Below are positions 47,312-56,278 of a stretch of 64,000 bases of DNA, in pieces (positions within the stretch are counted from its first letter, which is position 1; every line of letters begins with the position of its first letter). The position numbers were made by a program, and so were the translations under genes. The stretch is from a plasmid. The notes under the pieces are model-generated. The model did not search any database and was not told the DNA's origin. It saw only the letters and a program-made list of their open reading frames with translations. Where the stretch lies: the sequence record NZ_CP118109.1; one strand, written 5' to 3'.

Positions 47312-48652
47312 ATGACTATGACACTTGAACATGATATTGATTTAGATAAGAAGGTTGACCTGCAGCTGGCTGATGATGCGAATAAGGTAAGAAAGATAAC
47401 AATTAAGACTGCTGAGCTATTAAAAGCAGTGAGACGAGCTGTATCCATTGTTAACCATAATCATTCAACTCTTGTATTGCAAAATATATTCTTTGCTACT
47501 ACAGATAACGGAATTATTTTACGAGCTGTAAACGACAGCTTTTCTGTAGAAACAACAATCGATCCGGCACATTGCGTGATTGAAGATGATCCGAGATCTG
47601 TTTTGTTTCCAGCTAAGCGTCTTTTAGATATTGTCAGTAAAATGAGCGGAAAGAATACGACGATCTTTATTCGGGATAATTTCATTCGAATCAAGTCAGG
47701 TCGAGCTAATATGGATATTGGAGTCCAGGATGCAGACGAGTTCCCAAAACTGCCTCAGATCAAGAAAGGAAACACTTTCGAAATCGCTGCTGATGCATTG
47801 CTTGATATGTACACTCGTACAGTATTTGCAACCTCTAAGCTTGAAAGCATGCCTGTTTTGCAGGGCGTACTACATGACATTGAAGATCAAAGATTCCGCT
47901 GTATTGCAACGGATCGTCATCGTTTTGCGCAGGTCTATCATCCGACAACTATTGAGTGTGAGCCAATGCGTGTCAGCGTTCCTGCAATAACAATCAATGA
48001 AGTTATGAAGCATCTGAAAGAAAAGAAGGCTGATACGATCAAGGTTACAGTCAAAGACACTCGTGTAGTATACGATATGAACGATACTGTCCTTTACTCC
48101 CAGGTATTAGAAGGCACATATCCGGATACAAATCGAATCATCCCTACTGGAGCTAAGGCTACTGTGACAGTTCCTAATTCAGAGTTCCTAGGCGCAGTGA
48201 AGCGGGCAGCTATCTTTTTGGATGATTCTAATTCTTCTAAAATAACAATCATGATTGATGGCGAAAAGAACCAGATGCGCATTCAATCACTGGATAGTGA
48301 TGAAGGCACAATGTTAGAAGATATGGTAACACTAAAAGGAGAGGGCGGGTTTGCTTCATCCACGATGAATGGTCGTTATCTGCTTGAGTCCCTAAGCAGG
48401 ATTGGTGGCACTGCTCATGTTGAGATTAAGATGACATCAACAATGCCTTTTCTCTTAAGAGAAGCTAATGCTCTTGAAGGTAATGTAAATGTCGTTGTGC
48501 CTGTTAAGCATAGACTTGATAGCTCGAAATCTATCGAAAACTTTACGTCAAATTATAACGAAGAAGAAGCTGATCCTTTTGCTGGTCGTGCAGAGGAATA
48601 CGCTGAGCAGCAAGCTTCTGAGGCTACTGAAAGCCAAGAAGGAGCAGCTTAA
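47312..48652 (+). CDS. dnaN: DNA polymerase III beta sliding clamp (DnaN-like) with acidic C-terminal extension
   Basis: Three-domain length; ATDRHRFA (DnaN ATDGHRLA), domain-I N-terminal pattern. Confidence 0.75.
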   Translation: MTMTLEHDIDLDKKVDLQLADDANKVRKITIKTAELLKAVRRAVSIVNHNHSTLVLQNIFFATTDNGIILRAVNDSFSVETTIDPAHCVIEDDPRSVLFPAKRLLDIVSKMSGKNTTIFIRDNFIRIKSGRANMDIGVQDADEFPKLPQIKKGNTFEIAADALLDMYTRTVFATSKLESMPVLQGVLHDIEDQRFRCIATDRHRFAQVYHPTTIECEPMRVSVPAITINEVMKHLKEKKADTIKVTVKDTRVVYDMNDTVLYSQVLEGTYPDTNRIIPTGAKATVTVPNSEFLGAVKRAAIFLDDSNSSKITIMIDGEKNQMRIQSLDSDEGTMLEDMVTLKGEGGFASSTMNGRYLLESLSRIGGTAHVEIKMTSTMPFLLREANALEGNVNVVVPVKHRLDSSKSIENFTSNYNEEEADPFAGRAEEYAEQQASEATESQEGAA

Positions 48653-48687
48653 TCAATTTATCTTAAAATAACGCTTGATTTTAGCTT

Positions 48688-48701
48688 GTAACGTGTTATA
48701 A
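48688..48701. promoter_or_regulatory. dyad motif TGTAACGTGTTATA (copy 7a)
   Basis: Recurring motif family. Confidence 0.5.
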
Positions 48702-48709
48702 TTCAAAAT

Positions 48710-48723
48710 GTAATGCGTTACAA
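48710..48723. promoter_or_regulatory. dyad motif TGTAATGCGTTACA (copy 7b, near-perfect palindrome)
   Basis: Recurring motif family. Confidence 0.6.
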
Positions 48724-48750
48724 GCTCATGCTAATAGGGGGCTAATAACG

Positions 48751-48969
48751 ATGACAGCAATGACAGTTGAAGATATGTATGCAATGAAACCAGTAGGCAG
48801 TGTGATTCCTTTCTTTAATTTCACCGGATATAAATCAGGTGATTCTGTGCAGGTGGCTGACGGCGCTTATGACTACGACAACAAGGTGTATGTCGTAGAA
48901 GGAAGCCGAATACAGCATATCTGGCATAATGAAGAGAATCAAATGGCATTTGAATTTGAAGGGATTTGA
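48751..48969 (+). CDS. hypothetical protein
   Basis: ORF track. Confidence 0.45.
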   Translation: MTAMTVEDMYAMKPVGSVIPFFNFTGYKSGDSVQVADGAYDYDNKVYVVEGSRIQHIWHNEENQMAFEFEGI

Positions 48970-49208
48970 AGTACATGAACTTCGACGTTCAGCGTTCAAT
49001 ATTTGCAACAAATGCATTCGCTTCAGAATTTCCGGAACAGCATACTCAGCTCTGGAAAGAGTTTGAAGAAAAGGTTCCACAGGTAAATCGGATTGGCTAT
49101 TATGGCGCAGATAATGTGGCTTATATAGGCTGGCTCCGTAGCACGAAGAATGCACTCTTTAATTCATTTTTGCAATCCAATATTGCAACAAAGCATTTTG
49201 ATGCATGA
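48966..49208 (+). CDS. hypothetical protein
   Basis: ORF track. Confidence 0.45.
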   Translation: MKYMNFDVQRSIFATNAFASEFPEQHTQLWKEFEEKVPQVNRIGYYGADNVAYIGWLRSTKNALFNSFLQSNIATKHFDA

Positions 49209-49558
49209 TATAAGAATGTGGTGGCGGAAGAGAGACGCTTAGGTCTAAGGCAGATACGACTCGGTGAGCCCCGGCGCAATTCTCAGAGAGGCGGACTAGA
49301 AACCGCGCTGTAGAAACGTAGAGCCGGATTAGGGCCGTGGGAACCTGTAAGGGGAAGTCAGTTAGGCTGCTACCCGTGATGATGAAATGCTGCTATGCAA
49401 GGGAGAATGGCCCTTGCCCACATTCTTGCTCTCATTCAGCGCACAAGAGTACTGTCCCCCCGGTCTTGAGGACAGCGGCTTGCAACTGAAACCGGTAAAG
49501 GAGCCGACCTTGTGCGTTGAATGAGGGTCTTTTATTCACCCTTTTTTTCCCCTCATCT
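49209..49558 (+). ncRNA. candidate structured non-coding RNA (GC-rich, ends in intrinsic terminator at ~49525-49558)
   Basis: ~350 nt without credible ORF; GC content clearly above flanks; terminal AGGGT-loop-ACCCT + TTTTTTT. Confidence 0.35.
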
Positions 49559-49835
49559 AAGAACTATAAAGGGTAGGTTATCTGATTTAGCCGTAGGAAG
49601 TCTGGAGTTATTCGTTAGTAGGTTTGTAGGCGCTGCAGAGCCGATCACTGAGGACGGTAGCCTGGATGGACTATTCAAAAATCAGACGACAGTATGCAAA
49701 AACTGACGTTACACAACAGCCAGGACCGAACCTGCAAAAAAGGCGATGAAGAGAGGCAAAAGATGGGCCCTCCGCGACAACCTAGGGGTGTGATGAGGGT
49801 TGTCATGATCATACTGGATGTGAGTCTGCCATGAT

Positions 49836-49908
49836 AGCTTAATTGGGAAAGCGCATGACTGAGAATCATGAGATGCGGTTCAATTCCGATGTGGTGGCAT
49901 TCTAGTAT
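49836..49908 (+). tRNA. tRNA-like element (non-canonical; D-arm and anticodon arm fold, loop CUGAGAA; weak T-stem)
   Basis: GCCATGA acceptor, GCTT/AAGC D-stem, CATGA/TCATG anticodon stem, GGTTCAATTCC T-loop; T-stem only 3 bp; no CCA. Confidence 0.3.
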
Positions 49909-50167
49909 GATTCACTTATGTAGGCGCACTGATGATCTTGTCCGGTTCCGCAAGCCACGCTGATGCGGGTAGACTGGTCTTGTATCGAATCTGAGAGAGT
50001 AAATAGTGGATTAGAAACGGGCGGCTTAAATGACCGGCAACGCGTGGCTTGCCGGCATCATAAGCTGGAGTGTTTCGGCTCCGTTTGCATCCCTTGCTTT
50101 GCGACAGCAGTTAGTCACACGAAACGCAGAACCCTTAGTGACTTTCAGTGCGCTACATAGATTTGTC

Positions 50168-50245
50168 CGGAATAGCTTAACGGTAGAGCGCTCGTATAAA
50201 CCCATACGAGAGATCAGAGGTTCGATTCCCGTTTCCGGCTTCTGC
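50168..50245 (+). tRNA. tRNA-like element (GGTTCGATTCC T-loop; aberrant anticodon arm)
   Basis: TCCGGAA/TTCCGGC acceptor pairing 6/7, GCTT/GAGC D-stem, 7-bp anticodon-region stem with 6-nt loop. Confidence 0.25.
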
Positions 50246-50803
50246 ATTTAGCATACAAGTAAAGACCGTAGATCAGCCAGAGACCTCTGTATTATTTACT
50301 TGAAAAGGTGCGTTGTGTACGAAACTTTTCAAGTAAACAATATAGGCAAGTAGCGAAAGCTATTATAAGTCCAATTGTTTTCTGGTGCATGGATGCTTAA
50401 ATGGGATCAGGTGCAACAAGTGCCAATGGCAGGGTAGAAGACTCGAATCGGTTGCTTTAAGTTTCCGTTTATCGGATCGGATGGATGCTTGAACAGTAAT
50501 GTTCTTGATCGTGAAAAACACCTTTCATCCTATATGCTTAAAGACCTGCAGCTTGTATGTTAAATGGAGAAAGTTTGTGGGGCGGATTAAGTCTCAATGG
50601 ATTGGACGAGGGCGAAGCTTACTATTAATTTCAGGTAGGATCTTCAGGCATCGAGCAGTTGGGTGTCTGAAGACTATCTTTAAATCCTATATGCCGAAAG
50701 GCCAAGGCTTAATGACCCTAACGAAAACTTTCCGAGACTCACAGGTGATCTGCAGTCGGGTAAGCGGTAAAGACCGGCGTACATAATATAAAGGAGGCTT
50801 CCT

Positions 50804-51109
50804 ATGAATATCCCTGAAATTAGGCTCCGTAATGGAAAATTAGCTACATATAAATCATCCAGGCAAACGCGGATTCCTGATATGGGTATTAACGAATTAA
50901 CGGAAGTCCATAGTTTTCGTATCCCTTGCCCAGTATGTGATTACAATGAAGATAATATTGCCGTTTCACAAGACGGCATTGTCTTTCTAAATAGCCAGAT
51001 TGTCTGCCGGTTCTGTGGAGTATTTTTCCGTCCGGTAATAGATCCTGCATTCATAAAAGAGCAGCGGCTTGTCCGCTCGACTATATCCCAAAATGAAGCC
51101 GCCAAATAA
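50804..51109 (+). CDS. zinc-binding hypothetical protein
   Basis: AAAGGAGG RBS; CPVCDYNED...CRFCG. Confidence 0.5.
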   Translation: MNIPEIRLRNGKLATYKSSRQTRIPDMGINELTEVHSFRIPCPVCDYNEDNIAVSQDGIVFLNSQIVCRFCGVFFRPVIDPAFIKEQRLVRSTISQNEAAK

Positions 51110-51143
51110 GCCGGCTTTTTATTATGTTGAAGGAGATGAATTA

Positions 51144-51374
51144 ATGGATCTTTTTGATTTTGCCGATCAGCAGGAAGAAAAAGAGGAAGTTTACTTACCA
51201 GTAGAAGGAGATCGTGTTTTTATCCCCTCTATTGAGCAGAATGGAGTAGTAGATTATATAGATCAAAAGACTCTCTTTGTTGATGAATATTTTCCGAATC
51301 AAGTAATATTAGATGTTCCTTATGATTACTCAGCACTAATTCGCACTAATTTGAGAGATATTAAAAAAGAATAA
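51144..51374 (+). CDS. hypothetical acidic protein
   Basis: AAGGAG RBS 51129-51134. Confidence 0.4.
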   Translation: MDLFDFADQQEEKEEVYLPVEGDRVFIPSIEQNGVVDYIDQKTLFVDEYFPNQVILDVPYDYSALIRTNLRDIKKE

Positions 51375-51436
51375 CTTGCCATTTTTGCAAAAAAGTTTTA
51401 TTCTAACTGTTGAGAATTGTCGAGGGGAGAATAGAA

Positions 51437-52270
51437 ATGATTAATAATATTGATGCCAGTGACTTAGACTCTCTCATAAGTCAGCTAAAAAACACTTTTT
51501 CATTTGGTGACTGGGATAAGATTATACTTTTAGCTGAAAAACTTATAGAGAAAACTAATGTTATTAATAATATAACGAAGATGACTGGTGTTAATTTTAA
51601 TCAAGCAGAGAGAAGCCTGGTTTATTATTATGGCTTCGCATATATGGCTATTGGATCAGCTTACGAACATAAGTGTGATTTCTCTAGGGCCAGAGAATGG
51701 GCTCTTAAATATAGGGACTGGTCTTCTGTTTCATCGCCAACTTCTGAGGATATCAGATGGATGAATCATTGGACTAAATTGTCTGAAATTAATGTGATTG
51801 TTGTCGATCTCCTTATGGGAAAAAATGAAGCTCTTGATCAAATTGCTGATTATATATTGGAGCATCCTGAAGATGCCCTAGCCGGATTAATCACAATGCT
51901 CGATGCTGCAAACAAAAATGATATAAATATTGATCATGTCCTTGCTCGTATTCCAGATGATTTCTGGCAGAACGATAAAAGCACAGGTGTTGTCAACATG
52001 TCTTATCAGTATAGATTTTTTCGCCAACTATCCCTTTACAAACAAAAATGTAATGAGTTACATTTTTGTTTAGAAAATCTCTTGCGCGCTTTATCATTAG
52101 CTGATAAAATGAAAAACGTAGATGACTTTAAGGAATGTATTCAAGTTTTTGAATCTCTTAAAGATCACGCCGACAAGCGTCAAGAGAAAAAATATAACCG
52201 GATAGTAAAGGGAGCGATTAGGCATGAAAAAGTTGTTTCTATCAGCATTGCTAACATTAGGGATTCTTAG
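51437..52270 (+). CDS. TPR-like all-helical protein, candidate RRNPP-type (Rap/AimR/PlcR-like) peptide receptor lacking obvious HTH
   Basis: SLVYYYGFAYMAIGSAYEHKCDFSRAREWALKY TPR signature; GAGGGGA RBS; 3' end overlapped by secreted-peptide ORF. Confidence 0.45.
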   Translation: MINNIDASDLDSLISQLKNTFSFGDWDKIILLAEKLIEKTNVINNITKMTGVNFNQAERSLVYYYGFAYMAIGSAYEHKCDFSRAREWALKYRDWSSVSSPTSEDIRWMNHWTKLSEINVIVVDLLMGKNEALDQIADYILEHPEDALAGLITMLDAANKNDINIDHVLARIPDDFWQNDKSTGVVNMSYQYRFFRQLSLYKQKCNELHFCLENLLRALSLADKMKNVDDFKECIQVFESLKDHADKRQEKKYNRIVKGAIRHEKVVSISIANIRDS

Positions 52271-52376
52271 CGTAACAGCAGGCGCTGTGAGCGCATCGGA
52301 CGTAACTAAGCCTGTGGTTGTATCTAACCAAGAGGATGCAGTTATTACTACTATGACCTTTGGTTGGGGTTCTTAA
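52224..52376 (+). CDS. secreted pro-peptide (50 aa) with Sec signal peptide; candidate signalling peptide (C-terminal ...MTFGWGS)
   Basis: AAGGGAG RBS; MKK + hydrophobic core + AVSA-SD cleavage site; overlaps receptor 3' end in alternate frame as in rap-phr/aimR-aimP. Confidence 0.4.
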   Translation: MKKLFLSALLTLGILSVTAGAVSASDVTKPVVVSNQEDAVITTMTFGWGS

Positions 52377-52397
52377 TTCAAACCACATATTCTATAT

Positions 52398-52434
52398 AAA
52401 AAGAGCTGATCGTTTATTGTTCGGCTCTTTTTTA
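52398..52434 (+). terminator. intrinsic terminator
   Basis: AAAAGAGC...GCTCTTTT stem + TTTTATTT. Confidence 0.6.
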
Positions 52435-52442
52435 TTTCATAT

Positions 52443-52456
52443 TGGAATGCATTACA
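52443..52456. promoter_or_regulatory. dyad motif TGGAATGCATTACA (copy 8) immediately upstream of RBS of 52475 gene
   Basis: Recurring motif family. Confidence 0.55.
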
Positions 52457-52474
52457 TATAAGGAGGTTTTGTAG

Positions 52475-52702
52475 TTGAGTGATAAGAGATACATCCTATT
52501 TACAAGAGAAGGTAGTAGTGAGGTTCGTGCAGACGATACCCAGAAGCGTTATTTCGATCCGCCAGGAAGAGATCATATTATTTTTGGATTTGATAATCAG
52601 AAAGCTATGGCTAGAAAGGCTAATGAACTCCTACGAGATGGTTGCACATTGCTTACCCGCGGAGGAAGAGAGCAGCTGAGGATTTTTAAATCCTATATAT
52701 AA
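52475..52702 (+). CDS. hypothetical small protein (TTG start) downstream of peptide cassette
   Basis: AAGGAGG RBS; ORF track. Confidence 0.45.
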   Translation: MSDKRYILFTREGSSEVRADDTQKRYFDPPGRDHIIFGFDNQKAMARKANELLRDGCTLLTRGGREQLRIFKSYI

Positions 52703-52956
52703 CCAATTCATTTGATATGCCTTCCTTATCATGATAAAATATCCCTAGTATTGGAGTGTATGCCTAGCGCTTCAAACTTGTCATCACAATACGCCATATT
52801 GTTTTTGACAATTGATGTTTATGGATGTCTCAGATCGGTTGAGTCAACAGTTTCGCTATAGGCTGTTCGACATACGAGCTGAGGATCATGATTTGACATC
52901 AGCATATAACCCATCTTTTATGATGGGTTTTTGCTTTGTAAGGAGGGAATATCAAA

Positions 52957-53268
52957 ATGGTTCCAAAATCACCTTTTATTTTGGAAATGTGTCAAGACAT
53001 AGCCCGACACATGCGGGCAAAAGGTGTTTGGCCAGATTGCTCAGCTGAAGATATACACAAATCTGCTGATGTTTATGAGCAGATCCCTTCGTGGTGGTAC
53101 GATGCCCTTGCCTACTTTAATGAAAGGGATTATTATTACACTTTAGATGATGTCCAGAGCCCACAGGAAGGCCAATACGTTTCTGTACGAAAGCCAGGAT
53201 ACATAGATGGATATCAGTATAGAAATGGCAAATGGGTAGAAACTGGAGGCTTTAGCACTTATTCATAA
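52957..53268 (+). CDS. hypothetical protein
   Basis: AAGGAGGGAA RBS. Confidence 0.5.
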   Translation: MVPKSPFILEMCQDIARHMRAKGVWPDCSAEDIHKSADVYEQIPSWWYDALAYFNERDYYYTLDDVQSPQEGQYVSVRKPGYIDGYQYRNGKWVETGGFSTYS

Positions 53269-53286
53269 TAAGAGAGGAATTTGCAA

Positions 53287-53619
53287 ATGTATTTCTATAG
53301 TGAATCTCATGAAACTAATTACAAAGAAATGCTCAAGAGGTATCCTACAGCATTAAAGGATGCGGAATATAAATTAGGCTGCTATATCGTAGCTCATCCT
53401 GAAATTTATCTTGCCGCATCTGAGCAAGATTGGCCAGATATTTTCGATGATTGGACTGAGAAGTCATTCTCAAGAGGAGGACGACTGCTCATTGATCTCG
53501 GCATGCACCTCTTCGGGGGCGGACATACTGAGCTTAATCTAACAGATGCCATTAACACATGGGATGATAAGAATTACAAAGTGTTTTTACAAGCAGTTGA
53601 TATTCGAAGAAATGGTTAA
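53287..53619 (+). CDS. hypothetical protein
   Basis: GAGAGG RBS; followed by terminator. Confidence 0.45.
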   Translation: MYFYSESHETNYKEMLKRYPTALKDAEYKLGCYIVAHPEIYLAASEQDWPDIFDDWTEKSFSRGGRLLIDLGMHLFGGGHTELNLTDAINTWDDKNYKVFLQAVDIRRNG

Positions 53620-53650
53620 GTCGCCTAATATGGCGGCTTTTCTTTTTCCC
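53619..53650 (+). terminator. intrinsic terminator
   Basis: CGCCTAATATGGCGGC hairpin + TTTTCTTTTT. Confidence 0.6.
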
Positions 53651-53740
53651 ATATTTTACGTGTTACTATGAAAATATTAGTAACATTAGTTCAAAATACC
53701 TGCTATAATGAAAAGCGGAAAATTAAGAGGAGGAAGAAAG

Positions 53741-54517
53741 ATGGAAGACTTTAGTGCTATTTTATTGTTTGTTTCACTCATTGCTATGGTCGCATTTTTA
53801 GTTTTATCAGTGGTTTCTAAGATTAAGAAAGATGGCAAAGCTAAGCGGAAGCTAATGTATGCGGGTGGATCTTTCGTCGTAATGATCGCATCTTTTATTA
53901 TGTTTGGTAGCGTGACTTCTGGCACGACTACAACCGCTGATCCTGCTCCTGCTGTTGAGCAACCAAAGGCTGAAACAGTAAAGCTTTCACCTGAAGAAGA
54001 AGCGGCCATAAAGGAAGAAGCAGAGGCAGCTGCGAAGGCTAAAGCAGAGGAAGAGGCTAAAGCGAAAGCTGAAGCTGAGGAAAAGGCAAAGGCTGAAGCA
54101 GAAGCTAAAGCAAAGGAAGAAGCTGAAGCAAAGGCTAAAGCAGAAGCGGAAGCTAAGGCTGCAGCTGAGGCGGCGGCTCAAGCAGAGGCTGATAAGAAAG
54201 CAAATGCTCAAACAATTGAATATCCGCATCTTTCAAAGAATCCTGACCGTTACGCAGGGGAGTATGTTACATACACCGGCGAAATTGTTCAAATATTAGA
54301 GAGCGGCGAGTTTACTAATATCAGACTTGCTGTAACTCAGGATGAATGGGGATATAACTACAACGACCTCATCTTCATTGAATACGAGGGATTAACTGAC
54401 TTTGTTGATGGTGATGTTGTAACGGTCTATGGTGAGATCTACGGGGCTTATTCGTACACATCACAGGCAGGTTGGGAGATCACCCTGCCTGGTCTAGTAG
54501 CTGACACTGTAGAATAA
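53741..54517 (+). CDS. membrane-anchored protein with Ala/Glu/Lys-rich (EAKAKAEAE) repeat linker and C-terminal globular domain
   Basis: AAGAGGAGGAAG RBS; TM helix; tandem GAAGCTAAAGC-type repeats 53990-54200. Confidence 0.5.
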   Translation: MEDFSAILLFVSLIAMVAFLVLSVVSKIKKDGKAKRKLMYAGGSFVVMIASFIMFGSVTSGTTTTADPAPAVEQPKAETVKLSPEEEAAIKEEAEAAAKAKAEEEAKAKAEAEEKAKAEAEAKAKEEAEAKAKAEAEAKAAAEAAAQAEADKKANAQTIEYPHLSKNPDRYAGEYVTYTGEIVQILESGEFTNIRLAVTQDEWGYNYNDLIFIEYEGLTDFVDGDVVTVYGEIYGAYSYTSQAGWEITLPGLVADTVE

Positions 54518-54543
54518 AATGATAAAGAAACTCCCTCCAAGGA

Positions 54544-54570
54544 AGCCGTCCGATCGGGCGGCTTTTTTAT
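54544..54570 (+). terminator. intrinsic terminator
   Basis: GCCGTCCGATCGGGCGGC hairpin + TTTTTTAT. Confidence 0.65.
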
Positions 54571-54572
54571 AT

Positions 54573-54596
54573 TTATATTGCACTAAAATATGGTAT
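54573..54596 (+). promoter_or_regulatory. sigmaA-type promoter with extended -10 (TGGTATAAT)
   Basis: TTGCAC ... TGGTATAAT; same TGGTATAAT element as at 61760. Confidence 0.5.
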
Positions 54597-54691
54597 AATT
54601 AAAAATGCATCAAAATACTGACAGGTATTATCATGGTGAGGGCCGCCTTTGTGCGGCTTTTCCCATGTATATCATCATATGGGGGATTCCT

Positions 54692-55738
54692 ATGTCAAAT
54701 AAGGTATATAATGACTCATTGTATAACGAGGATGTGAAATTAAAGTTCCTAGAGTTAATGAAAAAGAATGGTTGTTCTGAAAATACATTAGTTACATATA
54801 AGCGAGTTTTTCTACGCGCATCTGGATTAGAAAAAAGATTTAAGACGGATCTGTATGATTTTACATTCGAATATATAGAAAAACTCTTAATCAAGATGAA
54901 TCATACAACATTAAACTCCGCAATAAGCAGCATTAGCATCATAAGAAGTTACATTGATTGGGCGATACAGAACAAGTACAGAAAGGTGCCTTTAAGCCCA
55001 CTGGACGTATTCACTACGAAGGAATTGGCCCAGCGATACAAGAACAAACGAGTAAGAGTATATTTTACACATGCTGAAGTGCAAAAGTTTGCAGATAGCG
55101 CTGTGAATGCGCAGGATAAGGCTCTCATTTGGGCAATGTTTCATGGTATATGTGGAAATGGGATGGCAGAACTAAGGAATCTTACGTTGTATGATATTGA
55201 TCAGCATAACTATAAATTGACTCTTAAGGACGATGATTCAGAGAGAGTTATTGAACTCATCTCAGATGAACAAAAAAAATTGATCGACCACCTTCTTAAA
55301 GCCCATGAGCAAACTCATTATCTAAAGGGAAACGGAAAGTCTGTTGCTAAAAACCCTATCGGTTTCTTAGCAAAAAATAACCATGTATTTAGGCCTATGA
55401 TTCGTGGAGACAGTTCTACTGCTTCTTATCATGTTTTAAGAAATAGACTTGTAGATATATCAAAAATCAACGAAGAGCCGCAACTAACTTCCCCTATTTC
55501 GTTAAGATATAGTGGGATGCTTTATATGGCTTATTGTGAATATCAAAAGCATGGGGCGTTGAGTCTTGAGTCCATAAAGAGAATTTCAGATTTCTATGCT
55601 ATCAGTAAAGTAACTGATTCCAAATATGACAACTTCTTTATTCGAAGAGAATTTTTAACCGAAGAAACGATCATAAAGGAATATCTCTCTGGAGACGAAG
55701 GAGAAGAAGACTATGGAGTTGATGCAAAGATATTTTGA
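54692..55738 (+). CDS. tyrosine-recombinase/integrase-like protein (SAM-like core-binding domain; divergent catalytic region)
   Basis: N-terminal core-binding-like helices (FLELMKKNGCSENTLVTYKRVF...); HVLRNR and terminal Y candidates; start after TGGGGGAT. Confidence 0.35.
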   Translation: MSNKVYNDSLYNEDVKLKFLELMKKNGCSENTLVTYKRVFLRASGLEKRFKTDLYDFTFEYIEKLLIKMNHTTLNSAISSISIIRSYIDWAIQNKYRKVPLSPLDVFTTKELAQRYKNKRVRVYFTHAEVQKFADSAVNAQDKALIWAMFHGICGNGMAELRNLTLYDIDQHNYKLTLKDDDSERVIELISDEQKKLIDHLLKAHEQTHYLKGNGKSVAKNPIGFLAKNNHVFRPMIRGDSSTASYHVLRNRLVDISKINEEPQLTSPISLRYSGMLYMAYCEYQKHGALSLESIKRISDFYAISKVTDSKYDNFFIRREFLTEETIIKEYLSGDEGEEDYGVDAKIF

Positions 55739-56006
55739 TAATCTTTATCCCAAGGTTCAGGTTATATCAAATCGATTCAAGTGTACCCTAGATTATCACA
55801 CGATAAAAAGATGGCTAAATGCTAATGTTCCAAGACAGTTTACTCATAAGTATGGGGGCTATACTTATACCACAACAGGTCTTGGCAAAGAGATTGTTGC
55901 TAAGGTTGTATGTGAAGGAAAGATTAACGGCGATGCAGTTTACTGTGCTATCGTTTTTCATAATTCGATTCGCATATATCTAAAGCAGGGGTTAAATTAT
56001 TTGTGA
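55713..56006 (+). CDS. hypothetical protein
   Basis: ORF track. Confidence 0.4.
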   Translation: MELMQRYFDNLYPKVQVISNRFKCTLDYHTIKRWLNANVPRQFTHKYGGYTYTTTGLGKEIVAKVVCEGKINGDAVYCAIVFHNSIRIYLKQGLNYL

Positions 56007-56011
56007 TTGGA

Positions 56012-56212
56012 TTATTCTCTTAATTCAACACGGCCATCATTATATATGTTCATTCGCAGTAGCCGGCCATCACGAACTCTGTAATTGTACACGCAGTATT
56101 CATAGTTGAGACCGGATCGACCAAAATATATAAGCTCACCATATTTTTCATAATACTTTACAGCTTCGTCCAGTGAGTCAAATTGTGGCAACGGCTTATT
56201 CATACAAACCAC
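56012..56212 (-). CDS. hypothetical small protein
   Basis: Minus-strand ORF with GAGGTGG RBS; convergent with upstream + genes. Confidence 0.45.
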   Translation of the reverse strand: MVCMNKPLPQFDSLDEAVKYYEKYGELIYFGRSGLNYEYCVYNYRVRDGRLLRMNIYNDGRVELRE

Positions 56213-56278
56213 CTCGATACAAGTATAACATATGTAATATAATGCAATTCTTGAATTACAGCAGGAGGAAGATAATAA

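Noticed and set aside
49836-50245. Calling the two tRNA-like elements as canonical tRNAs with assigned anticodons
   Set aside because: Hand folding gives only 3/5 T-stem pairs in both and a 7-bp anticodon-region stem with a 6-nt loop in the second; kept as low-confidence tRNA-like elements pending tRNAscan-SE.
49521-50251. Short ORFs in the ORF-free RNA region (49521..49706, 49963..50160, 50026..50247 -, 50030..50251, 50499..50786)
   Set aside because: Mutually overlapping, no RBS, atypical composition; the region reads as structured RNA rather than coding.
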